Part shown: piece after piece, positions 1-13,060 of the stretch
Layout of the letters: each line of letters begins with the position of its first letter
Position numbering within the stretch: position 1 is the stretch's first letter
NCBI GenBank assembly: GCA_963772835.1
Contig: CAVYYZ010000001.1
Coordinates: 191,381-255,380, forward strand
Direction of reading: 5' to 3'
DNA: 64,000 nt
DNA from: an uncultured delta proteobacterium
Lineage (GTDB): Bacteria; Desulfobacterota; Desulfuromonadia; Geobacterales; Pseudopelobacteraceae
The notes under the pieces: model-generated
Told to the model about the DNA's origin: nothing
Databases searched by the model: none
The model's input: only the letters and a program-made list of their open reading frames with translations
Translations under genes and position numbers: made by a program

Positions 1-912
1 CAGAGCTTCTCCCGCCAGGTGGCTTCCCCCTTCCAGCAGGAGGGAATGGATGCCGAGTTTACCCAGTCTGCTCCAGAGGTCATTCAGATCCACCCGGTTG
101 TTCTCCGAGCGGCAGACCAACAGGGTGGCGCCGCTTTTCAGATAGCGGGCATGCACCTCCGGGTTTGTTTCAATGGTCGCAATGACCGTTCCCCGTGCCA
201 TGTGAGCGCTTAACACCGCGACGCTCTCCGGTGTACGCAGATGACTGTCGACTATGATCCTGAGCGGATTACGCCCTTTGACATGGCGGACAGTCAGCTG
301 CGGGTCGTCTGCGATGATGGTGTCAACACCGACCATGATCGCATCGCTGTCAGCCCGCATGCGGTGAACAATCCTGCGTGAGGCTTCGCAGCTGATCCAG
401 CGTGACTCGCCGGTAACGCTTGCTATCTTGCCGTCCAGAGTCATGGCACATTTATAGGTGACGTACGGCTGCCCGGTCGTCATGAATTTCACGAAAGGGC
501 GATTGATTGCACGACACTCCTCCTCAAGTACTCCGCTGAGGGTCTCTATACCGGCCAACTGCAGAGCCCGCAATCCGCCGCCGTCTACCTGCGGATTCGG
601 GTCGCTCATGCCGGCAATAACCCGTCTGACTCCTGCCCTGATGAGCGCCTCGCTGCAGGGGGGAGTCCTGCCGGTGTGGCAGCATGGTTCCAGTGTCACG
701 TATACATCCGCGCCGCTGGCCGCGCCGCCGGCTATTTCCAGGGCGTGTATCTCAGCGTGAGGTCCGCCCGCCTTCCTGTGCCACCCCTCACCGATAACCG
801 CACCGTTTTTGACGATGACACACCCGACCGCCGGATTCGGAGATGTTTTTCCGATCCCCTTCTTTGCCAATGTTACGGCACGTTTCATATATGCGATGTC
901 GGTGTCGACCAT
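1..912 (-). CDS. ribD: Riboflavin biosynthesis deaminase/reductase RibD (runs off the window start)
   Basis: Manual minus-strand translation from the ATG at 912: MVDTDIAYMKRAV..GKTSPNPAVGCVIV..PHAEIHAL..VTLEPCCHTGRTPPC..TLDGKIA..LLLEGG. Contains the HAE and PCxxC zinc-deaminase motifs; lies downstream of nrdR. Confidence 0.95.
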   Translation of the reverse strand, partial: MVDTDIAYMKRAVTLAKKGIGKTSPNPAVGCVIVKNGAVIGEGWHRKAGGPHAEIHALEIAGGAASGADVYVTLEPCCHTGRTPPCSEALIRAGVRRVIAGMSDPNPQVDGGGLRALQLAGIETLSGVLEEECRAINRPFVKFMTTGQPYVTYKCAMTLDGKIASVTGESRWISCEASRRIVHRMRADSDAIMVGVDTIIADDPQLTVRHVKGRNPLRIIVDSHLRTPESVAVLSAHMARGTVIATIETNPEVHARYLKSGATLLVCRSENNRVDLNDLWSRLGKLGIHSLLLEGGSHLAGEAL

Positions 913-929
913 GGAAACTCTCAAAATTC

Positions 930-1382
930 TTATTTTTTCAGTAGATCCTGCAGTTCCTGCATGAATTCGCCGATGTCACGGAACGAGCGGTAGACCGATG
1001 CGAAGCGAACGTAGGCAACTTCATCCAGGCCGTGCAGTTCATTCATGACCCACTCGCCGATAGTCGTGGTTGTAATCTCCCGTTCTGTCGATTCCTGCAG
1101 CCGGGTTTCCAGGCGGTCAACCAGCAGTTCGATATCGGCTTTGGAGATCGGTCGTTTTTCACATGCCTTGACGATGCCGTTGATAATCTTCAGGCGGTCA
1201 AACTGTTCACGCCGGCCATCTTTTTTGCAGACCTGCGGGAGTATCTCTTCAATCCGCTCGTGGGTCGTAAAGCGCTTCGAGCACTGTTCACATTCGCGGC
1301 GGCGGCGGATGGCAGAGCCGCCCTTGTCAGGGCGCGAATCAACGACCTTGCTGTCCAGATTATTGCAAAACGGGCATTTCAT
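930..1382 (-). CDS. nrdR: Transcriptional repressor NrdR
   Basis: MKCPFC zinc ribbon, IRRRREC, RFTT, ATP cone and [10 protein letters not shown]. Confidence 0.97.
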   Translation of the reverse strand: MKCPFCNNLDSKVVDSRPDKGGSAIRRRRECEQCSKRFTTHERIEEILPQVCKKDGRREQFDRLKIINGIVKACEKRPISKADIELLVDRLETRLQESTEREITTTTIGEWVMNELHGLDEVAYVRFASVYRSFRDIGEFMQELQDLLKK

Positions 1383-1846
1383 TGCGGACCGCCAGTGCAT
1401 GCTTCCGCGAAACGGATCACCGTAATATCGGCCTCGGTGATCATTTCGCGTGCCAGTTCGTCGGCATATCCTTCGTCATATATCACCGTGGTTATACCCG
1501 CGTTGATAATCATTTTTGTACAGATGATGCAGGGCATAGTCGTGCAGTACAGCGTGGCACCGTCGATATTGGTGCCGTGTTTGGCGGCCTGTATGATGGC
1601 ATTCTGCTCGGCATGGAGACCGCGGCAGAGTTCATGGCGTTCGCCTGAAGGTACGTTAAGCTTCTCGCGCAGGCAGCCGACCGCTTCGCAGTGGGTAATC
1701 CCTGACGGGACACCGTTGTAACCGGTGGCCAGGATATTTCGGTCCTTAACGAGCAGCGCGCCCACCTGCCGGCGAAGACAGGAAGAGCGGGTCGCCACCA
1801 GGCGGGTGATGTCCATGAAATATTGATCCCAGGATGGGCGCTGCAT
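1379..1846 (-). CDS. dCMP deaminase family protein (ComEB-like)
   Basis: [21 protein letters not shown] and PCIIC motifs. Confidence 0.92.
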   Translation of the reverse strand: MQRPSWDQYFMDITRLVATRSSCLRRQVGALLVKDRNILATGYNGVPSGITHCEAVGCLREKLNVPSGERHELCRGLHAEQNAIIQAAKHGTNIDGATLYCTTMPCIICTKMIINAGITTVIYDEGYADELAREMITEADITVIRFAEACTGGPQ

Positions 1847-2320
1847 AGCGGGGTATTCCTTCCGTGTGCTGATTCTCCCGGTAAAGTACCTTACTCTGCG
1901 GGTCAGGTCAATATTGTTGCCGCCTGCTCACGATTTTTCCTGTACGCCGCAATGAATTGTTTGCAGGAGAACAGCGATATATATTATGATCACCGGCATA
2001 TCGGGGTGCGCAGCATGCAGCACTATCGAAACCGGTTGCTACGATATCCGGGCCAGTCGTAGAGATGCCTTCCGTTCCCACCGGATATCTTTGTGATCTT
2101 GCGCATAAGACCTGGAACCCGCCGGAGCTGCCCAGAATATTGAGCGAACGGATATACACAAAAAAGTCCCGCGGGGATGATGCCGCTATGAATACGGTCT
2201 GGCGGATCCGGCCGAGTTCGTAACTTGACACCTCTCCGCTTTTGCGGTAACTTGCCACGTCCTACCACAGGACAACTGGCGTTTTCGTCAACATCCCCGC
2301 ATGTTAAAAAGGTTCCCTGC

Positions 2321-3085
2321 ATGAAAATTACAGCGGTTATCCCTGCCCGTTATGCGTCGGTACGTTTTCCCGGAAAGGCTCTGGCGGAAATTGACGGCCG
2401 CCCGATGATCCAGCATGTCTACGAGCGCACCGCCCAGTCAAAGCTGGTGGGTCGGGTTATTGTCGCCACAGATGACCCCCGTATCGCCGATGCGGTCAGG
2501 TCATTCGGAGGGGAGGTCGCCATGACCTCATCCAGACATGAAACCGGCACCGACCGGTTGGCAGAGGTTGCGGCGGGCCTTGATTCCGATATAATTGTCA
2601 ATGTACAGGGTGATGAGCCTCTGATTGACCCGGCCATCATCGATATGACCCTGCTGCCGCTCCTTGATGAGGAAGACCTGCAGATGGGAACCGTCAAGAC
2701 ACGCATTAGATGCCTGCACGATTTTCTATCCCCCAATGTAGTCAAAGTGGTGACCGACAATCGTGGCAATGCGATCTATTTCTCCCGTTCTCCGCTCCCT
2801 TTCTTCCGCGATAAATGGAAAGATCTCAAGGATGAATCATTTTGCTGCGGCAAGCTGCTCTGTTACAAGCATGTCGGCCTCTATGTCTATCGTCGTGATT
2901 TTCTGCTTAAATTTGCCGCCATGCCCGCGACGTTTCTGGAAATATCCGAAAAGCTGGAACAGCTGCGCGCTATTGAAAACGGCGTCAGGATCCGGGTTGT
3001 TGAAACCGAGATTGAGTCGATCGGCGTGGATACGCCTGATGACCTGCTTAAGGTGCAGGAGCAGTATCGTAAACTTCATAATTAG
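2321..3085 (+). CDS. kdsB: 3-deoxy-manno-octulosonate cytidylyltransferase
   Basis: [30 protein letters not shown] and EKLEQLR; start taken at MKITAV. Confidence 0.97.
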   Translation: MKITAVIPARYASVRFPGKALAEIDGRPMIQHVYERTAQSKLVGRVIVATDDPRIADAVRSFGGEVAMTSSRHETGTDRLAEVAAGLDSDIIVNVQGDEPLIDPAIIDMTLLPLLDEEDLQMGTVKTRIRCLHDFLSPNVVKVVTDNRGNAIYFSRSPLPFFRDKWKDLKDESFCCGKLLCYKHVGLYVYRRDFLLKFAAMPATFLEISEKLEQLRAIENGVRIRVVETEIESIGVDTPDDLLKVQEQYRKLHN

Positions 3086-3109
3086 ACTTTGTTTTTTATC
3101 GAATTATAA

Positions 3110-4732
<1,623 letters not shown>

Positions 4733-4735
4733 ATC

Positions 4736-5569
4736 ATGACCCGTGAAATTATTTCCGGAAATGTAAAAATCGGCGGCAATCGGCCGCTTGTTCTGATCGC
4801 CGGACCGTGCGTCATAGAGGATGAAGCCGCAACTCTGCGGCATGCCGAACGGTTGATGGCTATTTGTAACGGCCTTTCCATCCCTTTGATTTTCAAGGCT
4901 TCCTATGACAAGGCCAACCGGACTTCGATCAATGCGTATCGCGGACCTGGTTTGAAAGAGGGGCTTGCCATACTGCGCAAGGTCAAGGAATCGCTCGGTG
5001 TTCCGGTAATATCGGATATTCACTCCATCGAGCAGGTCAAACCTGCGGCCGAGGTCCTGGATATCCTTCAGATCCCCGCTTTTCTCTGTCGTCAGACCGA
5101 CCTGCTGGTGGCGGCTGCACAGAGCGGAAGGGTCATCAACGTCAAAAAAGGACAGTTTCTTGCTCCCTGGGACATGAAAAATGTCGCCGGGAAAATTGCC
5201 GCCAGCGGCAACGAGAACATCATCCTTACGGAGCGCGGTGCCTCTTTCGGCTATAACAATCTTGTTGTGGACATGCGCAGTTTTCCGGTTATGCGCGCCA
5301 CCGGTTACCCGGTCGTGTTCGACGCCACACACAGTGTGCAGCTCCCCGGTGGTCAGGGGGACAGTTCGGGCGGTCAGCGCGAGTTTGTAGAGTATCTCTC
5401 GCGGGCGGCGGTCGCAACCGGGATTGACGGCATCTTCATGGAAGTGCATGAAGACCCGGATAAGGCGTTCTGTGACGGTCCCAATTCTATTCCCCTGAGT
5501 GATCTTCCCGCCCTGTTGAAGACCCTGAAGGCACTTGACTCCGTTGTCAAGCAAAGGCCTCCGGTATGA
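4736..5569 (+). CDS. kdsA: KDO8P synthase
   Basis: [29 protein letters not shown] and DATHSVQ. Confidence 0.98.
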   Translation: MTREIISGNVKIGGNRPLVLIAGPCVIEDEAATLRHAERLMAICNGLSIPLIFKASYDKANRTSINAYRGPGLKEGLAILRKVKESLGVPVISDIHSIEQVKPAAEVLDILQIPAFLCRQTDLLVAAAQSGRVINVKKGQFLAPWDMKNVAGKIAASGNENIILTERGASFGYNNLVVDMRSFPVMRATGYPVVFDATHSVQLPGGQGDSSGGQREFVEYLSRAAVATGIDGIFMEVHEDPDKAFCDGPNSIPLSDLPALLKTLKALDSVVKQRPPV

Positions 5570-6534
5570 ATGTCATCGATGAGGCGCGCCGGGTGATCCG
5601 GGTTGAAGCCATGGCACTGTCAGCTATGGCCGAACGCATTGACAGTTCGTTCGAACGTGCAATTGACGTGATTCTGGAGAGTCCGGGCCGGGTTATCGTC
5701 AGCGGGATGGGAAAATCCGGTCTGGTCGGTCAGAAGATTGCGTCCACCATGGCTTCCACCGGTACTCCCGCTTTTTTCCTGCATCCGGCAGAAGGCATTC
5801 ACGGTGATCTCGGCATGATTATGAAAGGCGATGTCGTGATTGCCATTTCAAACAGCGGCGAAACCGAAGAAATTCTGAGAATACTTCCGTCAATCAAGCG
5901 TCTGGGGGCAAAGATGATTGCCATGAGCGGCAACCCGGCGTCAAACCTGTCCCGTTCAAGTGACGTTTTTCTCGATGTATCGGTTTCTGAAGAGGCCTGT
6001 CCACTCGGCCTTGCGCCGACCGCCTCCACAACAGCCACGCTGGCAATGGGGGACGCACTTGCCGTTGCACTGCTGGTCCGTCGCGGTTTCAAAGCCGAGG
6101 ATTTTGCGATCTTTCATCCCGGCGGCTCTCTCGGCAAAAAACTTATTCTGAGAGTCGAAGATCTGATGCACTCCGGAGAAGCAATACCGCTGGTGCAGGA
6201 GGATACCCTGATGAAAGAGGCGCTGTTCGTGATCACCGCAAAGGGGCTTGGAGTAACCGGTGTCTGCGATTCGAGCGGTGCGCTGAAGGGCGTCATAACA
6301 GACGGCGACCTGCGCCGGTCGCTGGAAAAAGGGTTTGATATCCTCAATCAGCGGGCCTCGGAAATTATGAAGCACGGGCCTCTGCGCATAAAACGATCGG
6401 AGCTTGCCGCGGCAGCGCTGCAGATCATGGAGCAGCGTGCCATTACGTCATTATTCGTGTTCGAAAACGATCAGATTTCGTCTCCATGCGGCGTCATCCA
6501 TCTGCATGACATCCTCAAAGCCGGTATTGCCTGA
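5566..6534 (+). CDS. kdsD: Arabinose-5-phosphate isomerase (KpsF/GutQ family, SIS domain plus CBS pair)
   Basis: [27 protein letters not shown] and a C-terminal CBS pair. Confidence 0.95.
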   Translation: MNVIDEARRVIRVEAMALSAMAERIDSSFERAIDVILESPGRVIVSGMGKSGLVGQKIASTMASTGTPAFFLHPAEGIHGDLGMIMKGDVVIAISNSGETEEILRILPSIKRLGAKMIAMSGNPASNLSRSSDVFLDVSVSEEACPLGLAPTASTTATLAMGDALAVALLVRRGFKAEDFAIFHPGGSLGKKLILRVEDLMHSGEAIPLVQEDTLMKEALFVITAKGLGVTGVCDSSGALKGVITDGDLRRSLEKGFDILNQRASEIMKHGPLRIKRSELAAAALQIMEQRAITSLFVFENDQISSPCGVIHLHDILKAGIA

Positions 6535-7049
6535 TGAATGAGTCACTTGCAGATATCCGCCTGCTTTTGCTTGATGTCGACGGCGTTATGACCGATGGCG
6601 GCATAATCTACGACGGAAACGGCCTCGAAACCAAAGTATTTAATGTCAAAGACGGGCACGGCATCAAAATGCTTCAGCGATACGGCATAGAGGTCGGCAT
6701 CATAACCGGCCGCACTTCAGTGGTTGTCGACATCAGGGCCAGAGAACTCGGCATTGAACTGGTGTACCAGGGGGCGCTGAAAAAACTTGAAAGCTACCGT
6801 GATATCCGGGAGAAGACCGGTTTTCTCGACAGCCAGATAGCCTACATCGGAGACGATGTTATCGACGTCCCGGTCATGAGGCGCGTGGCTTTTGCCGCAG
6901 CTCCTGCCGATGCTCTGATCGAAGTCCGCACTGTTGCACACTATGTAACATCCTGCGCCGGCGGACGGGGTGCGGTACGTGAAGTATGCGACCTGATTCT
7001 CAAAGGGCGCGGCGTGTGGAATGAGGTTGCGGCCCGTTATGAGCTTTGA
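6534..7049 (+). CDS. kdsC: KDO8P phosphatase (HAD family)
   Basis: DVDGVMTDG, GDDVID and GGRGAVRE. Confidence 0.95.
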   Translation: MNESLADIRLLLLDVDGVMTDGGIIYDGNGLETKVFNVKDGHGIKMLQRYGIEVGIITGRTSVVVDIRARELGIELVYQGALKKLESYRDIREKTGFLDSQIAYIGDDVIDVPVMRRVAFAAAPADALIEVRTVAHYVTSCAGGRGAVREVCDLILKGRGVWNEVAARYEL

Positions 7050-7131
7050 TACAATCTCTGTGCCAAAAACTGTAATTTTGTCACGTTATGCTGGACAGTC
7101 CCGCTCCTCAATGGTATAGTTCCTCCCTATT

Positions 7132-7701
7132 ATGGTATCGCCCGTTTATATCAGGCCTTTACTGGCACTTCTTGTGATGGCGGCGATAATCGGCATCGCG
7201 ACAGTCGTTATCCGGAATGGTTCTCATGAATCTGCACCGGTTCCGTCGGCCAATCATCAGCTTCCCCACAACATAGAAGTTGCCCTTAAAAAAGCCCGTT
7301 TTTCAGAAATCCAGGATAGCCTGGTTGTATGGGAGCTCGTAGCCGAGCAGGCTGACTACGATAAAAACGTGGACACGGTGTACCTCTCGGATATCCGGAT
7401 GGAATTCCCGCATAACCGTTCGCACGGGGCGGTAACGGTTACAGCAGATACAGGCGAGTATTCCAGCTCGGCAAAAATTGTCCGCCTTAATGGTCATGTC
7501 CACGCTGTCACCGAAGATAAGGCCGTTTTTACCACCGATTCGATTGTCTATACAGGCGCAACCGATCAATTATCAACGGCAGATCCGGTCGCCTTCCGGC
7601 AGCAAAGATTGCGGCTCAATGCGGTTGGAATGGATTTCGGGGTGAAAAATCAACGCGCCCGGTTTCATTCTCTGATCGATGCTTCAATTGTTCCGGATTA
7701 G
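7132..7701 (+). CDS. lptC: LPS export periplasmic protein LptC
   Basis: N-terminal TM helix followed by beta-rich sequence; canonical position between kdsC and lptA. Confidence 0.8.
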   Translation: MVSPVYIRPLLALLVMAAIIGIATVVIRNGSHESAPVPSANHQLPHNIEVALKKARFSEIQDSLVVWELVAEQADYDKNVDTVYLSDIRMEFPHNRSHGAVTVTADTGEYSSSAKIVRLNGHVHAVTEDKAVFTTDSIVYTGATDQLSTADPVAFRQQRLRLNAVGMDFGVKNQRARFHSLIDASIVPD

Positions 7702-7850
7702 TGCCGGAACTGTAATAGCTCTGTGATGGCCCGGATTACGCGGATTCCAACTCTTTGTATAGTTCGCGTTATCCGCCGGATCTGTTCGAATCCACTGTGC
7801 AGCGGGTCCATGTGACTTTGCTTTTTCTTCAGGTATTCAGGTATTAAAAT

Positions 7851-8372
7851 ATGAGATTACAACTTTCCTGCATAGTGTTCATCTGTATCTGCGGTCTGTT
7901 TTCGGCATCTGCAGCTCTGTCTGCGGCTCCGGTTCACGAGGATCGTTCACGTCTGCCGATTACCGTTAAATCCAACGAAATGAACGCTGACAACAGGGGG
8001 AAAACGGCGGTCTTCACCGGTAAGGTTGTCGCAAAACAGGGCGACATAACCATATTTTCCGATAAGCTCGTCGTGAACTATGCAGATATAAGCGGAGCGG
8101 TGGACAAGGTAGAGGCGTACGGAAATGTCAGAATTGTCCAGCTGAATAGAACCGGTTTTGCAGATCAGGCGATTTACGATAGCGGTACCGGACGTATCGT
8201 TTTGACCGGAACCCCCCGGGTTGTGCAGGGCGGGGACAGCATCAGCGGAAAGGTGATCACCTATTACGTAGATGATGACAAGAGTGACGTGTCAAGCGGC
8301 GGCGATCCGAAGGCACGAGTCGAAGCGATCATTAATCCGCCCGCGAGGAAAAACGATGCCGGAAGTCGTTGA
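7851..8372 (+). CDS. lptA: LPS transport periplasmic protein LptA
   Basis: Signal peptide; AVFTGKVVAKQGD and VEAYGNVRI (OstA-type); precedes lptB. Confidence 0.9.
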   Translation: MRLQLSCIVFICICGLFSASAALSAAPVHEDRSRLPITVKSNEMNADNRGKTAVFTGKVVAKQGDITIFSDKLVVNYADISGAVDKVEAYGNVRIVQLNRTGFADQAIYDSGTGRIVLTGTPRVVQGGDSISGKVITYYVDDDKSDVSSGGDPKARVEAIINPPARKNDAGSR

Positions 8373-9096
8373 GTCTTCCAGGCTCTGGACAAAAGCCCTG
8401 AAAAAAACCTACGGCAGCCGGCAGGTTGTTGGTGGTGTTGACATCTCGATTTCATCCGGTTCGGTTATCGGTTTGCTGGGCCCGAACGGAGCAGGTAAAA
8501 CAACAACCTTCTATATGGTGGTCGGATTGGCGCAGCCGGACGGCGGCCAGGTTTTTCTGGGAGAGGAAGAGATAACGTCACTCCCGATGTACCAGCGAGC
8601 GCGTCGCGGTATAAGCTATCTACCCCAGGAAGCCTCAGTTTTCCGCAAACTGTCGGTGGCAGATAATCTGATGGCTATTATTGAAACGGTCGATTCTGAC
8701 AAACGCCGCGGACGTGAGAAAATGGAGCAGCTGCTGGAGGAATTTTCCATCAGTCATATCGCCTCATCCATGGGATATGCGCTGTCAGGGGGCGAACGGC
8801 GCCGGGTTGAAATTGCCAGAGCACTCATAACAAACCCGTCGTTCATTCTGCTTGACGAACCGTTCGCCGGGATCGACCCGATTGCCGTAGCCGATATCCA
8901 GGGGTTGATCATGTCCCTAAAAAATAAAAATATCGGTGTATTGATTTCTGATCATAACGTCCGGGAAACGCTGGGAGTCTGTGACTCCGCATATATTCTG
9001 AGCAGTGGAGTCGTGCTTGAATACGGGACTCCGAACGAGATAGCAGTGAGCAAAAAAGCTCAGGAGATTTATCTGGGTAAAGATTTTAGACTTTAA
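8356..9096 (+). CDS. lptB: LPS export ABC ATPase LptB
   Basis: GPNGAGKTT, YLPQE, LSGGERRRVEIAR, DEPFAGIDP and YLGKDFRL. Confidence 0.97.
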   Translation: MPEVVESSRLWTKALKKTYGSRQVVGGVDISISSGSVIGLLGPNGAGKTTTFYMVVGLAQPDGGQVFLGEEEITSLPMYQRARRGISYLPQEASVFRKLSVADNLMAIIETVDSDKRRGREKMEQLLEEFSISHIASSMGYALSGGERRRVEIARALITNPSFILLDEPFAGIDPIAVADIQGLIMSLKNKNIGVLISDHNVRETLGVCDSAYILSSGVVLEYGTPNEIAVSKKAQEIYLGKDFRL

Positions 9097-9171
9097 ACGT
9101 CCGGAAGGACCTCCGGAGCAAAAAACCGGGTCTGCAGAAATTCTTTATAACAGTATCGGGGTACCTGTTTC

Positions 9172-10614
9172 ATGGCAATGGAGATGCGCCAACAACTGAA
9201 AATGTCCCAGCAACTGGTGATGACTCCACAGTTGCAACAGGCTATCAAGCTGCTTCAGTTGACGCGTCTTGAACTCCAGAATCTGGTCGTTCAGGAACTG
9301 GAGGAGAACCCGCTTCTTGAAGAATCCGCCGACGTGGAGGAAATTCTCGAGCCCGATACACTCGAAGTTGCGGAGCAGGAGCTTGAACCGGTTCAGGAAA
9401 CGGCTGACTTCCATGAGGTGGAGACCGGTGAAGAGACCCTGCGTGACTGGGACAGCTATATCGACGGCTACAACTACAGCTCAGGGGAACAGCAATACGG
9501 AGGTGATGATGAACGCCCTTCCTTTGAAAACCTGCTGACACGTAAAGGTACCCTGATAGACCACCTGTTGTGGCAGCTGCATATGGGGCAGTACTCTGAA
9601 ATGGATGTCCGGGTGGGTGAAGTGATTATCGGCAATGTTGATGATTACGGCTATCTGCGCGCATCTCTTCAGGAAATTGCAGCGGCGAGTGCCGCGACGG
9701 AAGAGGATGTTCTTGATGTACTCGAATGCATTCAGGAATTTGATCCCCCCGGCGTTGCGGCCCGCGATCTGCGTGAATGCCTTCTTATCCAGGCCCGGAG
9801 TCTGGGCATGAAGGGGAGTATTGTTGAAAGCATTCTGCAGAATCATCTTGGCGATCTGGAAAAACGGAATTACAAGCAGATAGTCCGTTCGTTGAAGGTT
9901 GATATGAATCAGGTGCTGGCTGCCTCCAGGATCATTTCCGGATTTGACCCCCGTCCCGGTTCATCATTCAGTACGGAAGACGTACATTATATATCTCCCG
10001 ACATTTTTGTGCATAAGGTGGGTGACGATTATGTCGTCATGCTGAATGAAGAGGGACTGCCCAATCTGAAAGTCAGCACACAGTATGCAGACATTCGCGG
10101 AAATGGTACTATCGATTCCAGTACGGAGCATTATATTAATGATAAGATGCGTTCTGCGGCATGGCTGATCAAGAGTATTCAGCAGCGGCAGCGAACCATC
10201 TATAAAGTTGCAAAAAGCATAATCCGTTTTCAGCGCGAATATTTCGACCGGGGCATCGAGTACCTTCGTCCTTTGGTGCTGAGGGACATCGCCGAAGATA
10301 TCGGCATGCATGAATCAACCATCAGCCGGGTTACAACCAACAAATACATGCAGACGCCGCAGGGTTTGCTGGAGCTGAAATACTTCTTTAACAGCGGCCT
10401 CTCAACCAGTGACGGTGATTTTGTCGCTTCCGAGAGTGTGAAAAACAGAATCAAAGAAATTATTGAAAAAGAAAATACCCAAAAACCGCTTTCCGATCAG
10501 AAAATTGCCGAGATGCTGACGGGTCAGACCGTTAATATCGCCCGGCGTACGGTTACAAAGTATCGGGAAATGCTTAATCTGGGATCATCATCTGAACGAA
10601 AAAGACATTTCTGA
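9172..10614 (+). CDS. rpoN: RNA polymerase sigma-54 factor
   Basis: Q-rich region I (MTPQLQQAIKLLQ), HESTISR and the RpoN box ARRTVTKYRE. Confidence 0.99.
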   Translation: MAMEMRQQLKMSQQLVMTPQLQQAIKLLQLTRLELQNLVVQELEENPLLEESADVEEILEPDTLEVAEQELEPVQETADFHEVETGEETLRDWDSYIDGYNYSSGEQQYGGDDERPSFENLLTRKGTLIDHLLWQLHMGQYSEMDVRVGEVIIGNVDDYGYLRASLQEIAAASAATEEDVLDVLECIQEFDPPGVAARDLRECLLIQARSLGMKGSIVESILQNHLGDLEKRNYKQIVRSLKVDMNQVLAASRIISGFDPRPGSSFSTEDVHYISPDIFVHKVGDDYVVMLNEEGLPNLKVSTQYADIRGNGTIDSSTEHYINDKMRSAAWLIKSIQQRQRTIYKVAKSIIRFQREYFDRGIEYLRPLVLRDIAEDIGMHESTISRVTTNKYMQTPQGLLELKYFFNSGLSTSDGDFVASESVKNRIKEIIEKENTQKPLSDQKIAEMLTGQTVNIARRTVTKYREMLNLGSSSERKRHF

Positions 10615-10671
10615 CGAACGGCCTTCCGGGCTGTCGTCCATTTCACAGCACCAACCACACAGGAGGATAGT

Positions 10672-11220
10672 ATGCAGGTAGCGATGACATTCAGGCACAT
10701 GGATCAGAGCGATGCTCTCAAAGCATATGCTGAAGAAAAACTAGAGCGGGTAACGAAGTATATTGACGACCCGATTAATGTACAGGTCTACTTTTCCGTA
10801 GAAAAAAAGATTCGCCACATTGTTGAAATTGTCATTAATTCCAGAGGAATCAGCACCAAGGCTTCCGACGCGACCCACGACATGTATGCCTCTGTCGATG
10901 CTGTCATCGATAAAATCGAGCGGCAGCTCGTCCGTTACAAGGAAAAAATTAAAGCCCATAAGCCGAGCGGAGAGGAACATGGCCGCCAGCTTTCTAAAAA
11001 GATTTTTGAAGCTGAGAGCCTTGAAGGCATCACCGGATCAGTCGTTATCAGAGCAACGACTGAGACCGCCAAGCCGATGTCGGTGGAAGAGGCCGTCATG
11101 CAGATGGATCTTCTTCACAAGGATTTCATCGTGTTCACCGATGCCGACAGCAGTGAAATAAATGTCATGTATCGCCGTAAAGACGGGAATATCGGCCTGA
11201 TTGAGCCGCAGCGCGCCTAG
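10672..11220 (+). CDS. hpf: Ribosome hibernation promoting factor (long HPF)
   Basis: DMYASVD..KIERQL and the long-HPF C-terminal KPMSVEEAVMQM..YRRKDG; follows rpoN. Confidence 0.93.
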   Translation: MQVAMTFRHMDQSDALKAYAEEKLERVTKYIDDPINVQVYFSVEKKIRHIVEIVINSRGISTKASDATHDMYASVDAVIDKIERQLVRYKEKIKAHKPSGEEHGRQLSKKIFEAESLEGITGSVVIRATTETAKPMSVEEAVMQMDLLHKDFIVFTDADSSEINVMYRRKDGNIGLIEPQRA

Positions 11221-11233
11221 ATCTATTGCGCTC

Positions 11234-12193
11234 ATGGACGGCATTTCTCTCTCGATACACGACCTTCTGACTGATAATGAGTATGGTCTCGGTTTGTCAC
11301 TTCTGGCCGGCAAACCGGGGCTCATCCATCGGGTCTCCAGCTCGCGCATTCAAAAGCCGGGGCTGGCACTGGCCGGTTATACCGAACACCTGCATCCGGA
11401 CCGGCTGCAGGTACTCGGTAACACTGAAATATCATACATCGAGCAGATTGACACCCGTGTTGCCGCAGAGAATCTTGCCGCCCTCTGCAGTTATCCTATC
11501 TCTTGTTTTATAATCACCAAAAATCTGCGTCCGCCGCAGCTTCTGCTCGAACTGGCTGATTCTCATGCAATTCCGGTGCTTGCAACCGCCCATCAATCGT
11601 CAACATTCATATCTCTGATAACCAAATTTCTTGAAGAACGGCTGTTGCCGACGACTCATCTGCATGGTGTTCTGATGGACGTACTGGGAGTAGGGGTTCT
11701 TCTTACCGGGAAAAGCGGCGTCGGCAAGAGTGAATGTGCGCTCGATCTTGTGATTCGCGGGCATCGCCTGGTGGCGGATGACATGGTGTTTATAAAGAAG
11801 AAAATGCCGGCGGTTCTGATCGGACAGGCTGAGGAGTCGCTACAATATCTGATGGAGATTCGCGGTCTTGGTATCATCAATATCAAGGATCTTTACGGCG
11901 TTTCGGCGATCCGGGACAAAAAAATAGTGGATATACAGCTGGAGCTGATGGAGTGGGATGAGCTGCATGAGTACGATCGACTGGGTGTGGATGACCATAC
12001 GGTCACGATACTTGGTATTGAGATACCGCATATCATCATTCCCGTCAGGCCGGGCCGCAATCTGGGCTCAATTATTGAGGTAGCCGCCCGGAACAATCTG
12101 CTCAAAGGAATGGGCTATCACTCCGCCCGTGATTTTCAGGAACGCCTCCTGGCGCGTATCGAAGCCCGCCCCCTCGGGGATGAGGTAGAGTAG
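11234..12193 (+). CDS. hprK: HPr kinase/phosphorylase
   Basis: GKSGVGKSE, LVADD, EIRGLGII and PVRPGRN. Confidence 0.96.
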   Translation: MDGISLSIHDLLTDNEYGLGLSLLAGKPGLIHRVSSSRIQKPGLALAGYTEHLHPDRLQVLGNTEISYIEQIDTRVAAENLAALCSYPISCFIITKNLRPPQLLLELADSHAIPVLATAHQSSTFISLITKFLEERLLPTTHLHGVLMDVLGVGVLLTGKSGVGKSECALDLVIRGHRLVADDMVFIKKKMPAVLIGQAEESLQYLMEIRGLGIINIKDLYGVSAIRDKKIVDIQLELMEWDELHEYDRLGVDDHTVTILGIEIPHIIIPVRPGRNLGSIIEVAARNNLLKGMGYHSARDFQERLLARIEARPLGDEVE

Positions 12194-12196
12194 ACC

Positions 12197-13060
12197 ATGC
12201 GTATTATCGTCATCACCGGCATGTCCGGTTCGGGAAAATCCACTGCAGTCAGAGCACTGGAAGATGAAGGCTATTACTGTATTGATAATCTGCCGATACG
12301 CCTGTTCAAACGATTCGTGGATTTGATCGGAAAATCGGGCGAGAATTTCAAAGGCATCGTTCTGGTCGCTGATATCCGGGGTCGCGATTTTTTCAAAGGA
12401 TATGAAAGCGCCTTTCACAAGCTTACCGGATCCGGCCACTCCGTAGAAATATTTTTCTTTGATGCCATGGACGATATACTGGTACGGCGCTTTTCAGAAA
12501 CGCGCCGTCGTCATCCTGCCGAAGATCACTGTACGGTCTCTGAAGGTATCCGTATTGAACGGGATCGTCTGGGCGGTCTCAGGCAGATGGCCACCAGAAT
12601 CATTGATACGTCTGAGTTTACCGTACACCAGCTTAAGGATTTCATCCTGAGAATCGTCAGGGGGGAAGAGAAGGAAAACCAGCTGGTCGTCGAAGTCCAG
12701 TCGTTCGGATTCAAGTACGGCGTGCCGCTCGAGTCAAGTATCGTCATGGATGTCCGTTTTCTTCCGAACCCTTTTTTTGTGCCGGAATTGAAAGACGGTT
12801 CAGGCCTTGACGATGTGGTTCGCGATTATGTCCTTGATAATGTTGTCACCGCGCAGTTTATTGATTATTTTTTCCCGCTTCTGGATATGCTGCTGCCTGC
12901 ACATCGTCAGGAAGGAAAATCATATCTGACAATTTCGATCGGTTGTACCGGCGGGCGCCATCGCTCCGTTGCCATAGCAGAAGCCACCGGAATGCACTTG
13001 CAGGAGAAGTGGCCCTCAGTGCGGATTATTCACAGGGATATTGAAAAGGGGCTTAAATGA
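12197..13060 (+). CDS. rapZ: RNase adapter RapZ
   Basis: GMSGSGKS, DVRFLPNP and GCTGGRHRSV. Confidence 0.96.
   Translation: MRIIVITGMSGSGKSTAVRALEDEGYYCIDNLPIRLFKRFVDLIGKSGENFKGIVLVADIRGRDFFKGYESAFHKLTGSGHSVEIFFFDAMDDILVRRFSETRRRHPAEDHCTVSEGIRIERDRLGGLRQMATRIIDTSEFTVHQLKDFILRIVRGEEKENQLVVEVQSFGFKYGVPLESSIVMDVRFLPNPFFVPELKDGSGLDDVVRDYVLDNVVTAQFIDYFFPLLDMLLPAHRQEGKSYLTISIGCTGGRHRSVAIAEATGMHLQEKWPSVRIIHRDIEKGLK

Noticed and set aside
1847..2320. ORFs 1908..2258 and 2023..2322, or an ncRNA in the divergent gap
   Set aside because: No recognisable motif, RBS or structure that I can support.
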